Source of the DNA: Octopus vulgaris
Taxonomy: Eukaryota
Assembly: GCA_951406725.2 (NCBI GenBank)
Contig: OX597836.1
Span: forward strand, 13,268,001 to 13,332,000
Length of the DNA stretch: 64,000 bases
Direction of reading: 5' to 3'
Under the pieces are notes generated by a model. It saw only the letters and a list, made by a program, of their open reading frames with translations. It did no database searches and had not been told where the DNA came from. Positions 13,729 to 26,805 of this stretch are shown here, in pieces. The first letter of the stretch is position 1; every line of letters starts with the position of its first letter. The position numbers were made by a program, and so were the translations under genes.

Positions 13729-14810
13729 TGTTGTGAATGGTTCGGCTGGTGCAGTATTTCTTGACCTACTTTGTTGGGAGTGGAGTCTGGAAGTCTGGAA
13801 TAAAAAGTTATAGCCCTTTGTTTTGGGAAGAGTAATGGCTTTTGGAAGGACCTTTGGCCTTGTGCCGGTCGAGAAGGGGTCAAAGAGATGTGAGGGCTGC
13901 CCCCTTAAGTAAGCAGTTCAGTGTGTGAGAGACAGTGAAAAAGAGGAAGAAGAAAGTAGTGAGGAAGACAGATTAAGGAATCTGAGTGGGGATAGAGAGA
14001 GTATTGGAGCTAAGAGAGGGATTGAGGGTAGTGACAGAGCAAGAGGTTTTGGACAGTCGGTATTTGGTCGTCAAAGCGAGCGGTTGGATTTTAGGAGCAA
14101 GGATTTGGGAATTCGGGGCAAGAGTTTGGCAAGTTGGAGTTAGCAGTATTGAGAGAGATGAGGTGCAATATGGGACACTGGCTATTCTAGTAGGAACTAA
14201 AGGTACGTGAATTGTGTATTGATATGTGAAGAAAAAGAAGGAAAAAGAATCGATGTATTGAACAGTGAAAAGAAATGAGACAGTAAAAAGGAATTTAATG
14301 AACAATGTGAACTGTTGTGAATTGAACATTGATTTGTAACGTGAACTTATTTGTCTACGAACATTGTATATGCCTTTAATGTGATTTGAAACAGAACTGT
14401 GTCTCCGGACGTGTACTCTTGAATTGCTGTTGTTATTGAACTTGATGTGTTGTTACCGGACTGTTATATTGTATCTGCATGTTTAAATGCTTTGATCTGT
14501 GGTATACCTGTATGATGTATTGAGTTGATGTGTTGATTCTGTTACTTGCTTGTATTTACCTGATGTATCTTTAAATGTAATTGATGTGGTAACAATTGTA
14601 ACAGTCATATAAACTAGTTGTTAAACGTAGCCAATTGCCTTGCCTCTTTGTGTCTCTCTCGGTTGCCTCTGTATCTCTTCGTGCTGCTGCTGCTGTTGTT
14701 GTTGTCTCTCTCTCTCCTCTCCGACGAGTTTCCGTGGCGAAAATATTCGCTGCATCGAACGGGCCTGTGTGAGGGATTCCGTAACAGTTTTCGGAGGTCC
14801 CCCCGTAACA
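13729..14810. mobile_element. Probable solo LTR inserted into the (TA)n of a SINE
   Basis: TGTT...AACA inverted termini, atat on both sides; splits a family-A SINE into 13551-13728 and 14811-15042. Confidence 0.7.
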
Positions 14811-15359
14811 ATATATATAAGTGTGTGTGTATATGTTTGTGTGTCTATGTTTGTCCCCCTAGCATTGCTTGACAACCGATACTGGTGTGTTTACGTCCCC
14901 GTCACTTAGCGGTTCGGCAAAAGAGACCGATAGAATAAGTACTGGGCTTACAAAGAATAAGTCCCGGGGTCGATTTGCTCGACTAAAGGCGGTGCTCCAG
15001 CATGGCTGCAGTCAAATGACTGAAACAAGTATATAAAAGAGTATACATACATACATACATACATACACACATACATACACACATACATACATACATACAC
15101 ACATACACACACACATACATACACATGTATGTATACATGGCTGTGTGGTAAGAAGTCTGCTTTCAAGTCACATGGTTCCGGGTTCAGTCCCACTGTGTGG
15201 TACCTTCGGCAAATGTCTTCTACTATAGCCTCGAGCCGACCAAAGCCTTGTGAGTGGATTTAGTTGACAGAAACTGTAAGAAGCCCGTCGGATACACACA
15301 CACATATATATACACACACAAACACACACACACATATATATATATATATACATACACAC

Positions 15360-15424
<65 letters not shown>

Positions 15425-15425
15425 C

Positions 15426-15472
<47 letters not shown>

Positions 15473-15754
15473 GTGTGTCCGTGCTAGTCCATACCGCCAT
15501 CGCTTGACAACCGATGCTGGTGTGTTTATGTCCTCGTAACCTAGCGGTTCGGCAAAACAGCCGATAGAATAAATACTAGGCTTTCAAAGAATAAGATCTG
15601 AGGTCGATTTCTTCGACTAAAACCCTACAGCATGGTCGCAGCCAAGTGACAAGTAAAAGAATACATAGGTATGTATTATACACACAGACATATACATATG
15701 CATTTACATATACACACATATACGTGTGTGTGTATATATAGACATACATACATG

Positions 15755-15868
<114 letters not shown>

Positions 15869-16302
15869 ATTAATAATATCAAAGGGTAATCTGAAATATA
15901 AGAAATTTCCATTACCAGTGGCCTAGCGTGTAAAAATTTAGCCAATAGACTATCATCATCATCATCATCATCATCGTTTAACGTCCGCTTTCCATGCTAG
16001 CATGGGTTGGACGGTTCAACTGGGGTCTGGCAAGCCCAAAGGCTGCACCAGGCCCCAGTCAGATCTGGCATAGTTTCTACAGCTGGATGCCCTTCCTAAC
16101 GCCAACCACTCCGAGAGTGTAGTGGGTGATTTTATGTGCCACCGACACAGGTGCCAGACGAGGCTGGCTGACGGCAGTGTACATTTAAACTCATAAGAAG
16201 CATCCCAATTAGGACTACCTGCACACTAGAGAGGACAGTTAAATTCCTCTCTAGCGTGCAGGTAGTCATCTGATGGATACTTCTTATGTGTTTAAATGTA
16301 CA

Positions 16303-16425
<123 letters not shown>

Positions 16426-16608
16426 CATACATACATATAAATATAAAAATAGATGTATTTTTCCCTTGTTAACAATTAAACAATTAACACGGAAAAAATA
16501 GATAATTAGTTATAAGGGTAGCAAAAAATCACAAAAGTAAAAAGGTTGTAACTCCTTGTTTTTAAAGGTAGAAACTTCGGATTTGCGTGAAAGTTTTTGT
16601 ATAACTCC

Positions 16609-16645
<37 letters not shown>

Positions 16646-16675
16646 TCAAAATAAAAACATGATGCCAAGGATTCA

Positions 16676-16753
16676 GCGATACATATGTTTCGGGCCTTTA
16701 TTAGACGGATTTATAACAATGCATAATGTGTGTTTATGGCCTTCTTCAGCCGC
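16676..16753 (-). ncRNA. Type-I hammerhead ribozyme motif, canonical core
   Basis: Minus strand GCGG-CTGAAGA-AGGCC...GGCCC-GAAAC-ATAT-GTA-TCGC; stem I GCGG/TCGC; palindromic stem III ACATATGT. Confidence 0.75.
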
Positions 16754-17030
16754 GTACAATTACTACTTCAAGGACAAGTATTACATTATAAGTTTTACGT
16801 TGGGGGTGCAAATCTTCACAGTCGCGTACGACAGGGTGGGGCACCAGCACAAAAACGAAGCGTCCATCTCGTCTCTCACTCGATGTAGAAGGCCCGAAAC
16901 ATATGTACCGCTGAATCCTTGGCATCATGTTTTTATTTTGATTAATATACTCTACCACCTACACCACTAAATGGTATATACAGGTGCTTACAATTATCAA
17001 ATATTCACCCTGAATTTTTGTACCCAACTC

Positions 17031-17063
<33 letters not shown>

Positions 17064-17066
<3 letters not shown>

Positions 17067-17400
17067 GGTAAAGACCCCTTCGGTCATGAATGACCATGGG
17101 ATTGCACCTAGAAAGTTACCCTCCTAGACACAAGTCTGGGCAAGGTTGTTTATGGAAGACCAGCAGTCGCCCATGCATACCAGCCTCCCCTCTCCACGCC
17201 ACCAGTGTTATCCAAGGGAAAGACAAAGATCGATACAGTTTGGCACCAGTGACGTCGCAACTCATATCTACAGCTGAGTGAACTGGAGCAACGTGAAATA
17301 AAGTGCTTTGCTCAAGAACACAACACGCAGCCCGGTCCGGGATTCGAGCTCACAACCTCACGATCGTAAGCTCGACGCTCTAACCACTGAGCCATGCGCC
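17064..17400 (-). mobile_element. tRNA-derived CORE-like SINE family D
   Basis: Head ggcgcatggctcagtggttagagcg...gctcgaatccc, core ttgagcaaagcacttt. Related copies 31405(+), 49346-49678(-), 50895(+), 54355-54600(-). Confidence 0.85.
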
Positions 17401-18335
17401 TATATATATATATATATACATATCGTCAGTGGATTATGTATCCGAAAAGAAGCATCCACTAAACGTTAGAACAGGAATGTATTTACAGGAAGATGATTAT
17501 AAGGCCGATACGGTTTCGCATCTATGAACCGCTTAACCTTATACACGGATAATCAGACTCCAATGGCCGCGGGATTATAACCACTTTTCAAAACAGAGAT
17601 AGGAAAATGTTACGGTCAGTTTATTTTGCAAACAAAAAGTATAAAATCCGAGTCTCAGGTGGAGCAATTGTTATCGCCCTTAGATCTGTTTCAGTCAGCA
17701 ATTTTGTTTTTGGCTAACCGGAACCAATCTAAGGGCGATAACGCGTCTGTGTGTGCGTGCGTGTGTGTGTGTGTGAGTTAATAGAGGGGTTAAGTTGATT
17801 ATATCGACCCCGGTGCTGAACTGGTACTTAATTTATGAACTCCTGAAGGACGAAGGGCAAAGTCCACCTCGGTGGAATTTGAACTCAGAACGCGCAGACA
17901 CACGCAATGTCACGCAGTTATCTTACCCGGTGTGCTATAACGATTCTGCCAGTTCGCCGCTTTAATCTGTTTTGTTTTTGACTAACAACTAATATTACTT
18001 ATTCCTTGCGAAAGAATTTGATAAACGGAAACTGTGCGGAAGCCTGACGTAAACACACACACACACACACACATCTGTGTGCTTGTATTTATGTTAGTCC
18101 ACACCATACTGCTTGATGAGCGGTGTTAGTTTGTTTGCATCCCTGTAATTTAGTGGTTCGGCAAAAAAAGATCGATAGAATAAATATAAAACTTTAAAAA
18201 AATTTAATACTGGAGTTGATTTATTTGACCCAAATCTTTTATAGCCGATGCTCCAGCATGGCCGCATTTTAATGATTGAAACAAGTAAAAAAATATAGAT
18301 AAAAAGCTAAAAAGTTCTCTCCCTTTGTTTTATAG

Positions 18336-18382
18336 CTGAAAGACGAAACATCAGAATGCAGTTATTGGGACTACAATATTGG
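18336..18382 (+). CDS. aGPCR exon 7 (start of GPS motif)
   Basis: gttttatag|...|gtatgt; LKDETSECSYWDYNI; phase 0-2. Confidence 0.92.
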
Positions 18383-18480
18383 GTATGTAATTTAAAACTG
18401 ATTATTGATTCTGTGTCTGTACGCAGAGATTTATATATGTATGTGTGTGCGTGTGCGCGCGCGTGCGTGTGTATATATAT

Positions 18481-18644
18481 ATAGGGGGAGAGTTTACGAA
18501 AAAAATAAAAAGACGAAGACAGGTGGTCTACAAAGCAGACAGATATATTAGTATAACGCTCAGGAATTGAAAAAAGTCTTTTACGTTTCGAGCCTACGCT
18601 CTTCCACAGAAAGGAACACAAAAAGAAACAAGGCGAGAAAAAAG

Positions 18645-18701
<57 letters not shown>

Positions 18702-18880
18702 TATAGGGAGAGTTTACGAAAAAAGAAAAGACGAAGACAGGTGGTGTACAAAACAAACAAATGTATTAGTATAACGCTCAGGAATTGAAAAAAGTCTTTT
18801 ACGTTTCGAGCCTAAGCTCTTCTACAGAAAAGGACACAGAAAAAAACAAGGGGAGTAACAAGGAGAGAAAAAATGTGTGT
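18481..18880 (-). mobile_element. Two tandem pLTR-like units (Penelope-like) with variant hammerhead cores
   Basis: Units of about 170 bp starting ataggg..gagtttacgaaaaaa at about 18481 and 18702, separated by (TA)n; minus strand CTGT(G/A)GA-AGAGC..GCTC-GAAACGT...GAGCGTTA. Confidence 0.55.
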
Positions 18881-19435
18881 AGGGGCTACTGATATATAAT
18901 TAAATAATAAGGGTGGAAATTGATATAAATCAATTAAAACCAGTGGCTTAGCATATTTAAAAAGATCCGAAGATTAAAAATTTTATTACATACAAAATTA
19001 AGAGGAATGACCTCTAAAGTGGACATCTAATATGCTAAATATAGACGTCAAATCGCCATTACCACGAAGAATGTGTTCTCAAGAAAAAAATCTCAGCAAA
19101 ACGCCAAAATGTAAAAATAGGCAAGACAAGTGGAAATGTACGAAATAAAATATACGAAATTGAGCAAGAAACATAAAAAAGTCAGTTAATAAAAAGTATA
19201 AAACCTTTACAAGTTTAATCAAACATAACAGATGTTTTAAGGGATGTCTATTTACTTCTGTCATGTTTGTATGTGTGTGTGCGTGCGTGTGTATATACAT
19301 ATATACATCTATATAATTGTTAAAGAGGACAGCAAACGTTAACACAAGGAAAACATCTCAAGTCGTATACTTCCCAAAATAATAAAGTATACGACGTGAG
19401 ATGTTTGCCTTGCCTTAACGTTTGTTGTCCTCTCT

Positions 19436-19476
<41 letters not shown>

Positions 19477-19508
19477 CATATATATGTATGCATGTACGTA
19501 TGTATATG

Positions 19509-19540
<32 letters not shown>

Positions 19541-19542
19541 TG

Positions 19543-19573
<31 letters not shown>

Positions 19574-19586
19574 ATGTATATGTATG

Positions 19587-19647
<61 letters not shown>

Positions 19648-19813
19648 GAGTGTATTTTAACCTTGTTAACAATTAACACGGAAAAAATAAATAAATAGTT
19701 ACCAGGGCAGCAAAAATCTCACAAGTAAAGGTGAATAGTATCAGTGGAATTTTCGAAACATGTGTCGAAAGTAAAAATATTTGATTACACATGCGTTAAC
19801 TCCATTTTTTAAA

Positions 19814-19891
<78 letters not shown>

Positions 19892-19944
19892 ATGTATGCA
19901 TATATATATGTATGTATGTATGTCTATATATATGTATGTATGTC

Positions 19945-19980
<36 letters not shown>

Positions 19981-20361
19981 TACTCTTTACTCTTTACTCT
20001 TTTACTTGTTTCAGTCATTTGACTGCGGCCATGCTGGAGCACCACCTTTTAGTACTTATTCTATCGGTCTCTTTTTGCCGAACCGCTAAGTGACGGGGAC
20101 CTAAACACACCAGCATCGGTTGTCAAGCAATGCTAGGGGGACAAACACAGACACACAAACACACACACATATACATATATATACATATATACGACAGGCT
20201 TCTTTCAGTTTCCGTCTACCAAATCCACTCACAAGGCATTGGTCGGCCCGGGGCTATAGCAGAAGACACTTGCCCAAGATGCCACGCAGTGGGACTGAAC
20301 CCGCAACCGTGTGGTTGGTTAGCAAGCTACTTACCACACAGCCACTCCTGCGCCTATATAT

Positions 20362-20449
<88 letters not shown>

Positions 20450-20728
20450 TTATCTGCCTGTCTGTCTGTCTGTTTTTGTGTACTTGCGTGTATGTAAATT
20501 TTCACCACTTCATGTATATAGATATGCATGTATAAGTATGTATGTATATGTATATGTGTGTGTATGTGTGTGAGTGTGTATGTACGTGTTGTGTATATAT
20601 ATATATATATATATCATATTGATATATATAATATTCGTGTGTGTTTTGCGTGCGTGTGCATATATATGTTTGTGTTTATAAACGTTTTGCCGGCAGCCAT
20701 GTCTGATTTCTTGTCTTCGCTTCAACAG

Positions 20729-20846
20729 AGGCACTGTCAATGGCGGTTGGTCAACGAAAGGATGTACTGCAAGTGGGAGTAATGGCACGGATACAACTTG
20801 CTCCTGTACACATTTAACGAATTTTGCAGTTCTTATCAATCCATAT
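20729..20846 (+). CDS. aGPCR exon 8 (GPS autoproteolysis site and tethered agonist)
   Basis: ttcaacag|...|gtaagt; GGTVNGGWSTKGCTASGSNGTDTTCSCTHL/TNFAVLINPY; phase 2-0. Confidence 0.97.
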
Positions 20847-20856
20847 GTAAGTATAC

Positions 20857-21593
20857 ACAGTCACATGCCATCAAAGTGACACTGGGGGTACATATATACA
20901 AAACCCAATATACCCATCATGACTACCTGTCAAATAAGGGTACGCCAGGCACATGCATCACAACCACATGTGCGTGACATAGTAATCTCATAACCAAGAT
21001 AAACAGCACATGACCTTGCATTGCAGGTGGGGGCCCAGTGTGAATTTTCTTCAGGTCGTGTAGGCCTTCCCGCTCAAAAGGTTTCTGAATAAGGTTTGTT
21101 TAAGAATGATTGAAACACCCATTTTTTCAGAGATGAATTATTCAAACCACAAAGAATTCCTCTCAACTCATGACTGTGATGTTCCCCCACCACTTCTGTT
21201 CGTGATCAGAGCATGTCCCTTTGTGGCTGACGATATATGCATCTATGATCACAAGCTGAAGTAGTGGGGGAGCATCATAACCATGTGTTGAAAGGAATTC
21301 TTAGAGGTTTGGATAATTCACCCCTGGAAACATCGGAGTTTCGTTGAAAATCCTTAAACAAGCCTTATTCAGGGATCTTTGAGCGGGATGGGTTAATTGA
21401 CATGAAGAAAATTCTAATTGGGTCCCACCGGCAAGGTCATGCTCTGTTTATCTTAATATGAGATCACCATCTTGCACACATACGGTTGTGATACATGTGT
21501 CTAGTGTACCCTTATCAGACGGGTAGTCATGATGAGTATACTGGGTTTCGTATATTTTACCGCTGAGCCACTTTGAAGGCATGTACTGTTCTC

Positions 21594-21595
<2 letters not shown>
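20857..21595. repeat. Inverted pair of a dispersed repeat, arms of about 350 bp
   Basis: 20857-21211 is the diverged reverse complement of 21237-21595; related fragments at about 27130-27250 and 31287-31400. Confidence 0.85.
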
Positions 21596-21672
<77 letters not shown>

Positions 21673-22379
21673 TGATAATGAATAATAATAATTTTTATTA
21701 TTTCATTTCACTTCTCTTGATTTGGGCAACAACCTGTCATCAATGATCTTAGCGTTGGACAAGATATCTGCAAAATACTTAGTGGTGTATTTAAACACTT
21801 CCCTTTGTATGTTTGAATTTACATCCTATGAGGTCAATTTTGCCGTTCATCTTCTCAAGGTGGATAAAATAAAGGCCCAGTCCAGTGTCGTGGTCAATTT
21901 CTAATCAACCAAGAGTTCCTCTCAACTTAGCGGTCATTTGTCAATAAATTTAACGAGAGGTGGATGACAGAATTGTAGGAACATCGAAGTATGCCATGTT
22001 TTGCACTATGTATTTGCAATTCCGTACGTTCTGAGTTCAAATCCCATCGAAGTCGACTTTGTCTTTCACTCTTCTGGAGGGTCGATAAAATAATTAAATA
22101 TTAAAGTTGATAAAAATTGGCTGTTCCCTACCAGCAGGGCAGTACCCTACAAGCAGGGCAGTGCCCCATACAGGGGCATCGCTTCGAAGTGTTTAGTCGT
22201 ACATATTGATCTCAAGTGCGAGGCCGAAATTTGTTTAGGGTGTGGGGAAAATACTAGTCGAAGCTAGGATATTCAAATCATTTTCATTGTCCCCTCCATT
22301 TTAGGGGTTTACCTGCACTCTCCGGTTCCGGGCCTATGGACCTCAGTAATTATTTTTACATTGCTTAGTACTTATTCGT

Positions 22380-22436
<57 letters not shown>

Positions 22437-22645
22437 CTTTCTTCCTTCCTTCCATCTTTCTTTCATTTCCTTTTTCTTTCACTTTTCGTTTTACAGATTG
22501 TTCCTTTCTTTTCCCGCTTTCCCTTCCTTTTCTTCTCCATTTCTCTCTTCCTTTCTTCCTTTTATTTTTCCTTCCCTCCTATTTGTCTCCTCCATATTCC
22601 ATCAGCTGTTATTACTGTTCTTTTTCTTCTTCCATGCCCACCCAG

Positions 22646-22752
22646 GCCGACAGAGACGACCACGAAACACTCAGTATTATTACAATTGTTGGATGCAGCA
22701 TTTCCATAATCTGTTGTCTACTCACAGTTATACTCTTTGCACTTGCTTGGCG
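22646..22752 (+). CDS. aGPCR exon 9 (TM1)
   Basis: cacccag|...|gtatgt; ADRDDHETLSIITIVGCSISIICCLLTVILFALAW; phase 0-2. Confidence 0.93.
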
Positions 22753-22767
22753 GTATGTATAGCTTTA

Positions 22768-22791
22768 TCTCTCTATATATAAACGGCAAAA

Positions 22792-22836
<45 letters not shown>

Positions 22837-23269
22837 CCTTTATACAAATCCACAATTTTTCAGTTAGAGGGCTCGTACTTTCTATGGCCATTCAAAACCG
22901 TCCAAGGGTGGTTGCGAAGATCTTTTCATTTCCCCTGTTACCCCTGAAAGCCATTTAAAAAAATCGATAAACCGATTCCTTATGTTTCAGGTAACAAAAG
23001 TCTTTAATACAAAGGACGTAACTCCAGCAGTTTAATCTAAAGGTATTAAACCATAGCAAGGGAAATAACTCTTTAAAACTCTGCATTTCCCTCCCTTTGT
23101 TATGTATCACACCTCTTTGGCTTTCAAACATGCACGCATTTTTGATTTGATAAATGCAGGGAATAATTAACGAGTTAGACCAAGTGAATGACAAGAGAGC
23201 GGGATTTTCATGAAAGACCAAATATGCTGGACTATCACTAGACCCAACAACGCCGGGTCATAGTGCTAG
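22768..23269 (+). mobile_element. Non-autonomous Helitron
   Basis: A|TC start (tctctctatatataaa), subterminal hairpin gacccaacaacgccgggtc, CTAG|T end. Confidence 0.8.
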
Positions 23270-23490
23270 TGTATGTATATGCACATATAGCTTTATGTAT
23301 GAATACGCATATATAAATATTTGGTCTTGTGTGAAATTTGAAATCGTCATATTGGTATCTTTGACTAAATTTCACAACGAAGTAACGAAGGACGAACATT
23401 TGGAAATGTAATAAAATATGTTTTCTTCTGTGTTATAAATACATTATAGCAACTCTCTTATTGACTTTTCGTTTATCTCTCTTGTTCCAG

Positions 23491-23608
23491 AAAGTTGACC
23501 TCTTCTGTACTTGGACGATCAAAATCTATCATCTTTGTGAACATCTGTCTTGTTTTAGCCGTAACTTACATTATATTTTTGGTTGGTGTTACTCGGACGG
23601 AAAATAAA
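23491..23608 (+). CDS. aGPCR exon 10 (ICL1-TM2)
   Basis: ttgttccag|...|gtaagt; [40 protein letters not shown]; phase 2-0. Confidence 0.95.
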
Positions 23609-23620
23609 GTAAGTAGCTGT

Positions 23621-23770
<150 letters not shown>

Positions 23771-23815
23771 CTCTATCTATCTCTCTCTCTATCTATCTAT
23801 CTCTCTATCTCTCTA

Positions 23816-23926
<111 letters not shown>

Positions 23927-23967
23927 GTCTGTCTGTCTGTCTATCTATCTGTCTGTCTATCTGTCTG

Positions 23968-24115
<148 letters not shown>

Positions 24116-24320
24116 AAGAAAACAAGGACGGGGGTCATTCGAGGTTTTCTTTCCTCAGTCAAGTACCAGATGATCTTCGCAATTTCGGCCGATTATACTT
24201 GAGATTGCTCCAATCTGGCCGGCCCCAGTATATACACGCATATGTGTATACACAAATAAACACACAAATACAAGCGTATACATTCACACTATACCATGCA
24301 ATATTTCTATTTTTTTTCAG

Positions 24321-24471
24321 ACTGCATGCACAGTTATTGCCGGCCTTTTGCATTATTTCTGGCTGCTCTCATTTTTCCTCATGTTGGCCTGTGCAATTGA
24401 TATGACGATAGCAGTAACGCTCGTCTTCTCCATTTACAACAGCCTCAAGTACTTGCTTGTCCTCGCTTGGT
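24321..24471 (+). CDS. aGPCR exon 11 (TM3-ICL2-start of TM4)
   Basis: ttttttcag|...|gtaagt; TACTVIAGLLHYFWLLSFFLMLACAIDMTIAVTLVFSIYNSLKYLLVLAW; phase 0-1. Confidence 0.95.
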
Positions 24472-24508
24472 GTAAGTAGGAAATGCTTTTGATTTTTCTT
24501 TATCAGTG

Positions 24509-24589
<81 letters not shown>

Positions 24590-24592
<3 letters not shown>

Positions 24593-24894
24593 TTATATAT
24601 AAAATTGAAGTTGTGTGTGTGAGACTCTGTCTCCTCCGATTTAGATTTCTAACTACTCCCACATTTTGCGGTGCAGTTTAACCAAAAGTGGGTATCTTAT
24701 AGTCGTCATTCATATCGAGCCCTTCTGGGTATTAGCGCGCGTCTACGATGAGTCTACGATTTAAAAAAAAATTACTATCATTTTTCCGCATTTTTAATTA
24801 TTTTTGCTCGGGTTATATAAGGGAAGTTACTCTCTAAAAATGCTTATATAGTTATTTCCTTTACAAACCCGAGCAACGCCGGGCGATACTGCTA

Positions 24895-24895
<1 letters not shown>
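24590..24895 (+). mobile_element. Non-autonomous Helitron
   Basis: A|TC start (tctttatatataaaa), hairpin cccgagcaacgccggg, CTAG|T end. Confidence 0.82.
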
Positions 24896-24930
<35 letters not shown>

Positions 24931-25532
24931 GCATAAACATACACACATATATATACATATATATGTACACACATATATGCATATGTGCGTGTGTGTGTGT
25001 TTCTATGTATGTGCGCATTTGTACGATTGAGTGTACGTACGCCAGACCACGTATGTGTGGGCGTTTGTACATCCATATCTACTAACAGTTATATCTAATA
25101 ACTTTTTCCCTGTATTGTGTATTTGTTTCTTTTTGTATCTCATTTTTGTTGTGGATCTTCTATGAGAATGAAGCTGTATCGCTTAATTTGCCACTTCTAT
25201 ATACGAAGACTAAGAAGAAAACATTTGAGCAAAACAGGGTTTATTTTAACGACTCCTCTTGAAATCACTTGAGGAGACACATCTATATCAAGAGATATAC
25301 CTAAACGAATTGTTCAGTTGTACAGTATCCCATCCACGAGGGATCGATGCAAGTTGGGTTGAAACGATCCCAGTGATCAGTAAAGATTCTCATATCATCT
25401 ATAATCCATCTCTCTCATTAATTACACCATATACGTTATACATGTGTGTGTGTATGCGAATATGTGCATGGTTTTGTAATGATTAAAAACATTATGAGCC
25501 TGTAGGTAATGGGAGACTTATTTATATTTCAG

Positions 25533-25602
25533 TTTTGCCTGCGGTTATTGTTGCAATCACGATGGGCGTCAGCAAAGGAGAAGGCTATGGCACTGACAAA
25601 TT
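25533..25602 (+). CDS. aGPCR exon 12 (TM4-ECL2)
   Basis: atatttcag|...|gtgagt; FLPAVIVAITMGVSKGEGYGTDK; phase 1-2. Confidence 0.95.
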
Positions 25603-25636
25603 GTGAGTGATATTCTATTATACTCTATTCACACAT

Positions 25637-25704
<68 letters not shown>

Positions 25705-25834
25705 TCACACACACACACGATAATTCCTCGACTACCGCGGGTGGTGATACGTTCCAGAAACACCGCGATGAGTGAAAATCCGCGAAGTAGAAACAGTACC
25801 TTCAGGGGAGCAATACCGTCCACTTTGGGAACCA

Positions 25835-25932
<98 letters not shown>

Positions 25933-26058
25933 ATTTACAAGATAAGGGCAGAAGAAAAATTCTAATGCCAGATATGCCGAAACAAAAAATTGTCGATAAT
26001 CATTATAATTTATGTGTCTCGAAACAAACCGATAGAAATCTCTAAAAAATTCGTTATT

Positions 26059-26115
26059 ACCGTATTGGTCCAATTTCGGGGTTAATTCATAAGAAATGTT
26101 CCCCTCTTCAGCGGC
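26059..26115 (-). ncRNA. Type-I hammerhead ribozyme motif, canonical core
   Basis: Minus strand GCCG-CTGAAGA-GGGG...CCCC-GAAA-TTG-GAC-CAA-TA-CGGT; all three stems pair; cleavage triplet AUA. Confidence 0.8.
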
Positions 26116-26738
26116 AAATACGCGAGATATAAATGAAATACTTACACATACCCATGGAAAAAGCAAGCACTAAGTCCTGAGCAGACTTAAGTACCCCAAA
26201 TATATCCAAAATAGAAAAATCTTCGGCGCACCTCGAGACACGTGTGATTCGAACTAGAAACTTTTCCAGAGTGATAGAATCCGGAAGTGAACACTAATCT
26301 AGTTATGATTAATATAGGATAAAATTTTTTTCGAGAAAAAATTTTTATCAATGGCCAGCATATCAAAAAATGCCTTTAAAGGTAAAAGTTATACATAATT
26401 TACAAGACAAGGGCAGAAGAAAAATTCTAATGCCAAATATGCCGAAAAAAAAATTGTCGATAACCAATATAATTTATTTCGCCGTCAAGTTATAATAAAA
26501 ACAATTTAATGTTAAACCGTAGGGTTTATATCAATACTTTTAAATTATGAAACTTTTACAAGGAAAAGTGACTTTGGAGTTTTGGCTTGCTTGTCTTCGT
26601 CGAACATTCGGACGTAAAATGAAGGACAGCAGATCGAATCATCAATTTCTCGAATCGCAGTAATTGAAGCGAACGAATTATTTAACAGTCATTCGCTTTA
26701 TGGAGCTCCTTACCTTATATAAAATTTCTTCTTTTCAG

Positions 26739-26805
26739 CTGTTGGCTTTCACTGGAAAGTGGTATCCGATGGGCCTTTATTGCACCCGTTATTGCTATCT
26801 TATTT
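26739..26805 (+). CDS. aGPCR exon 13 (ECL2-TM5)
   Basis: cttttcag|...|gtaagt; FCWLSLESGIRWAFIAPVIAILF; phase 2-0. Confidence 0.96.
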
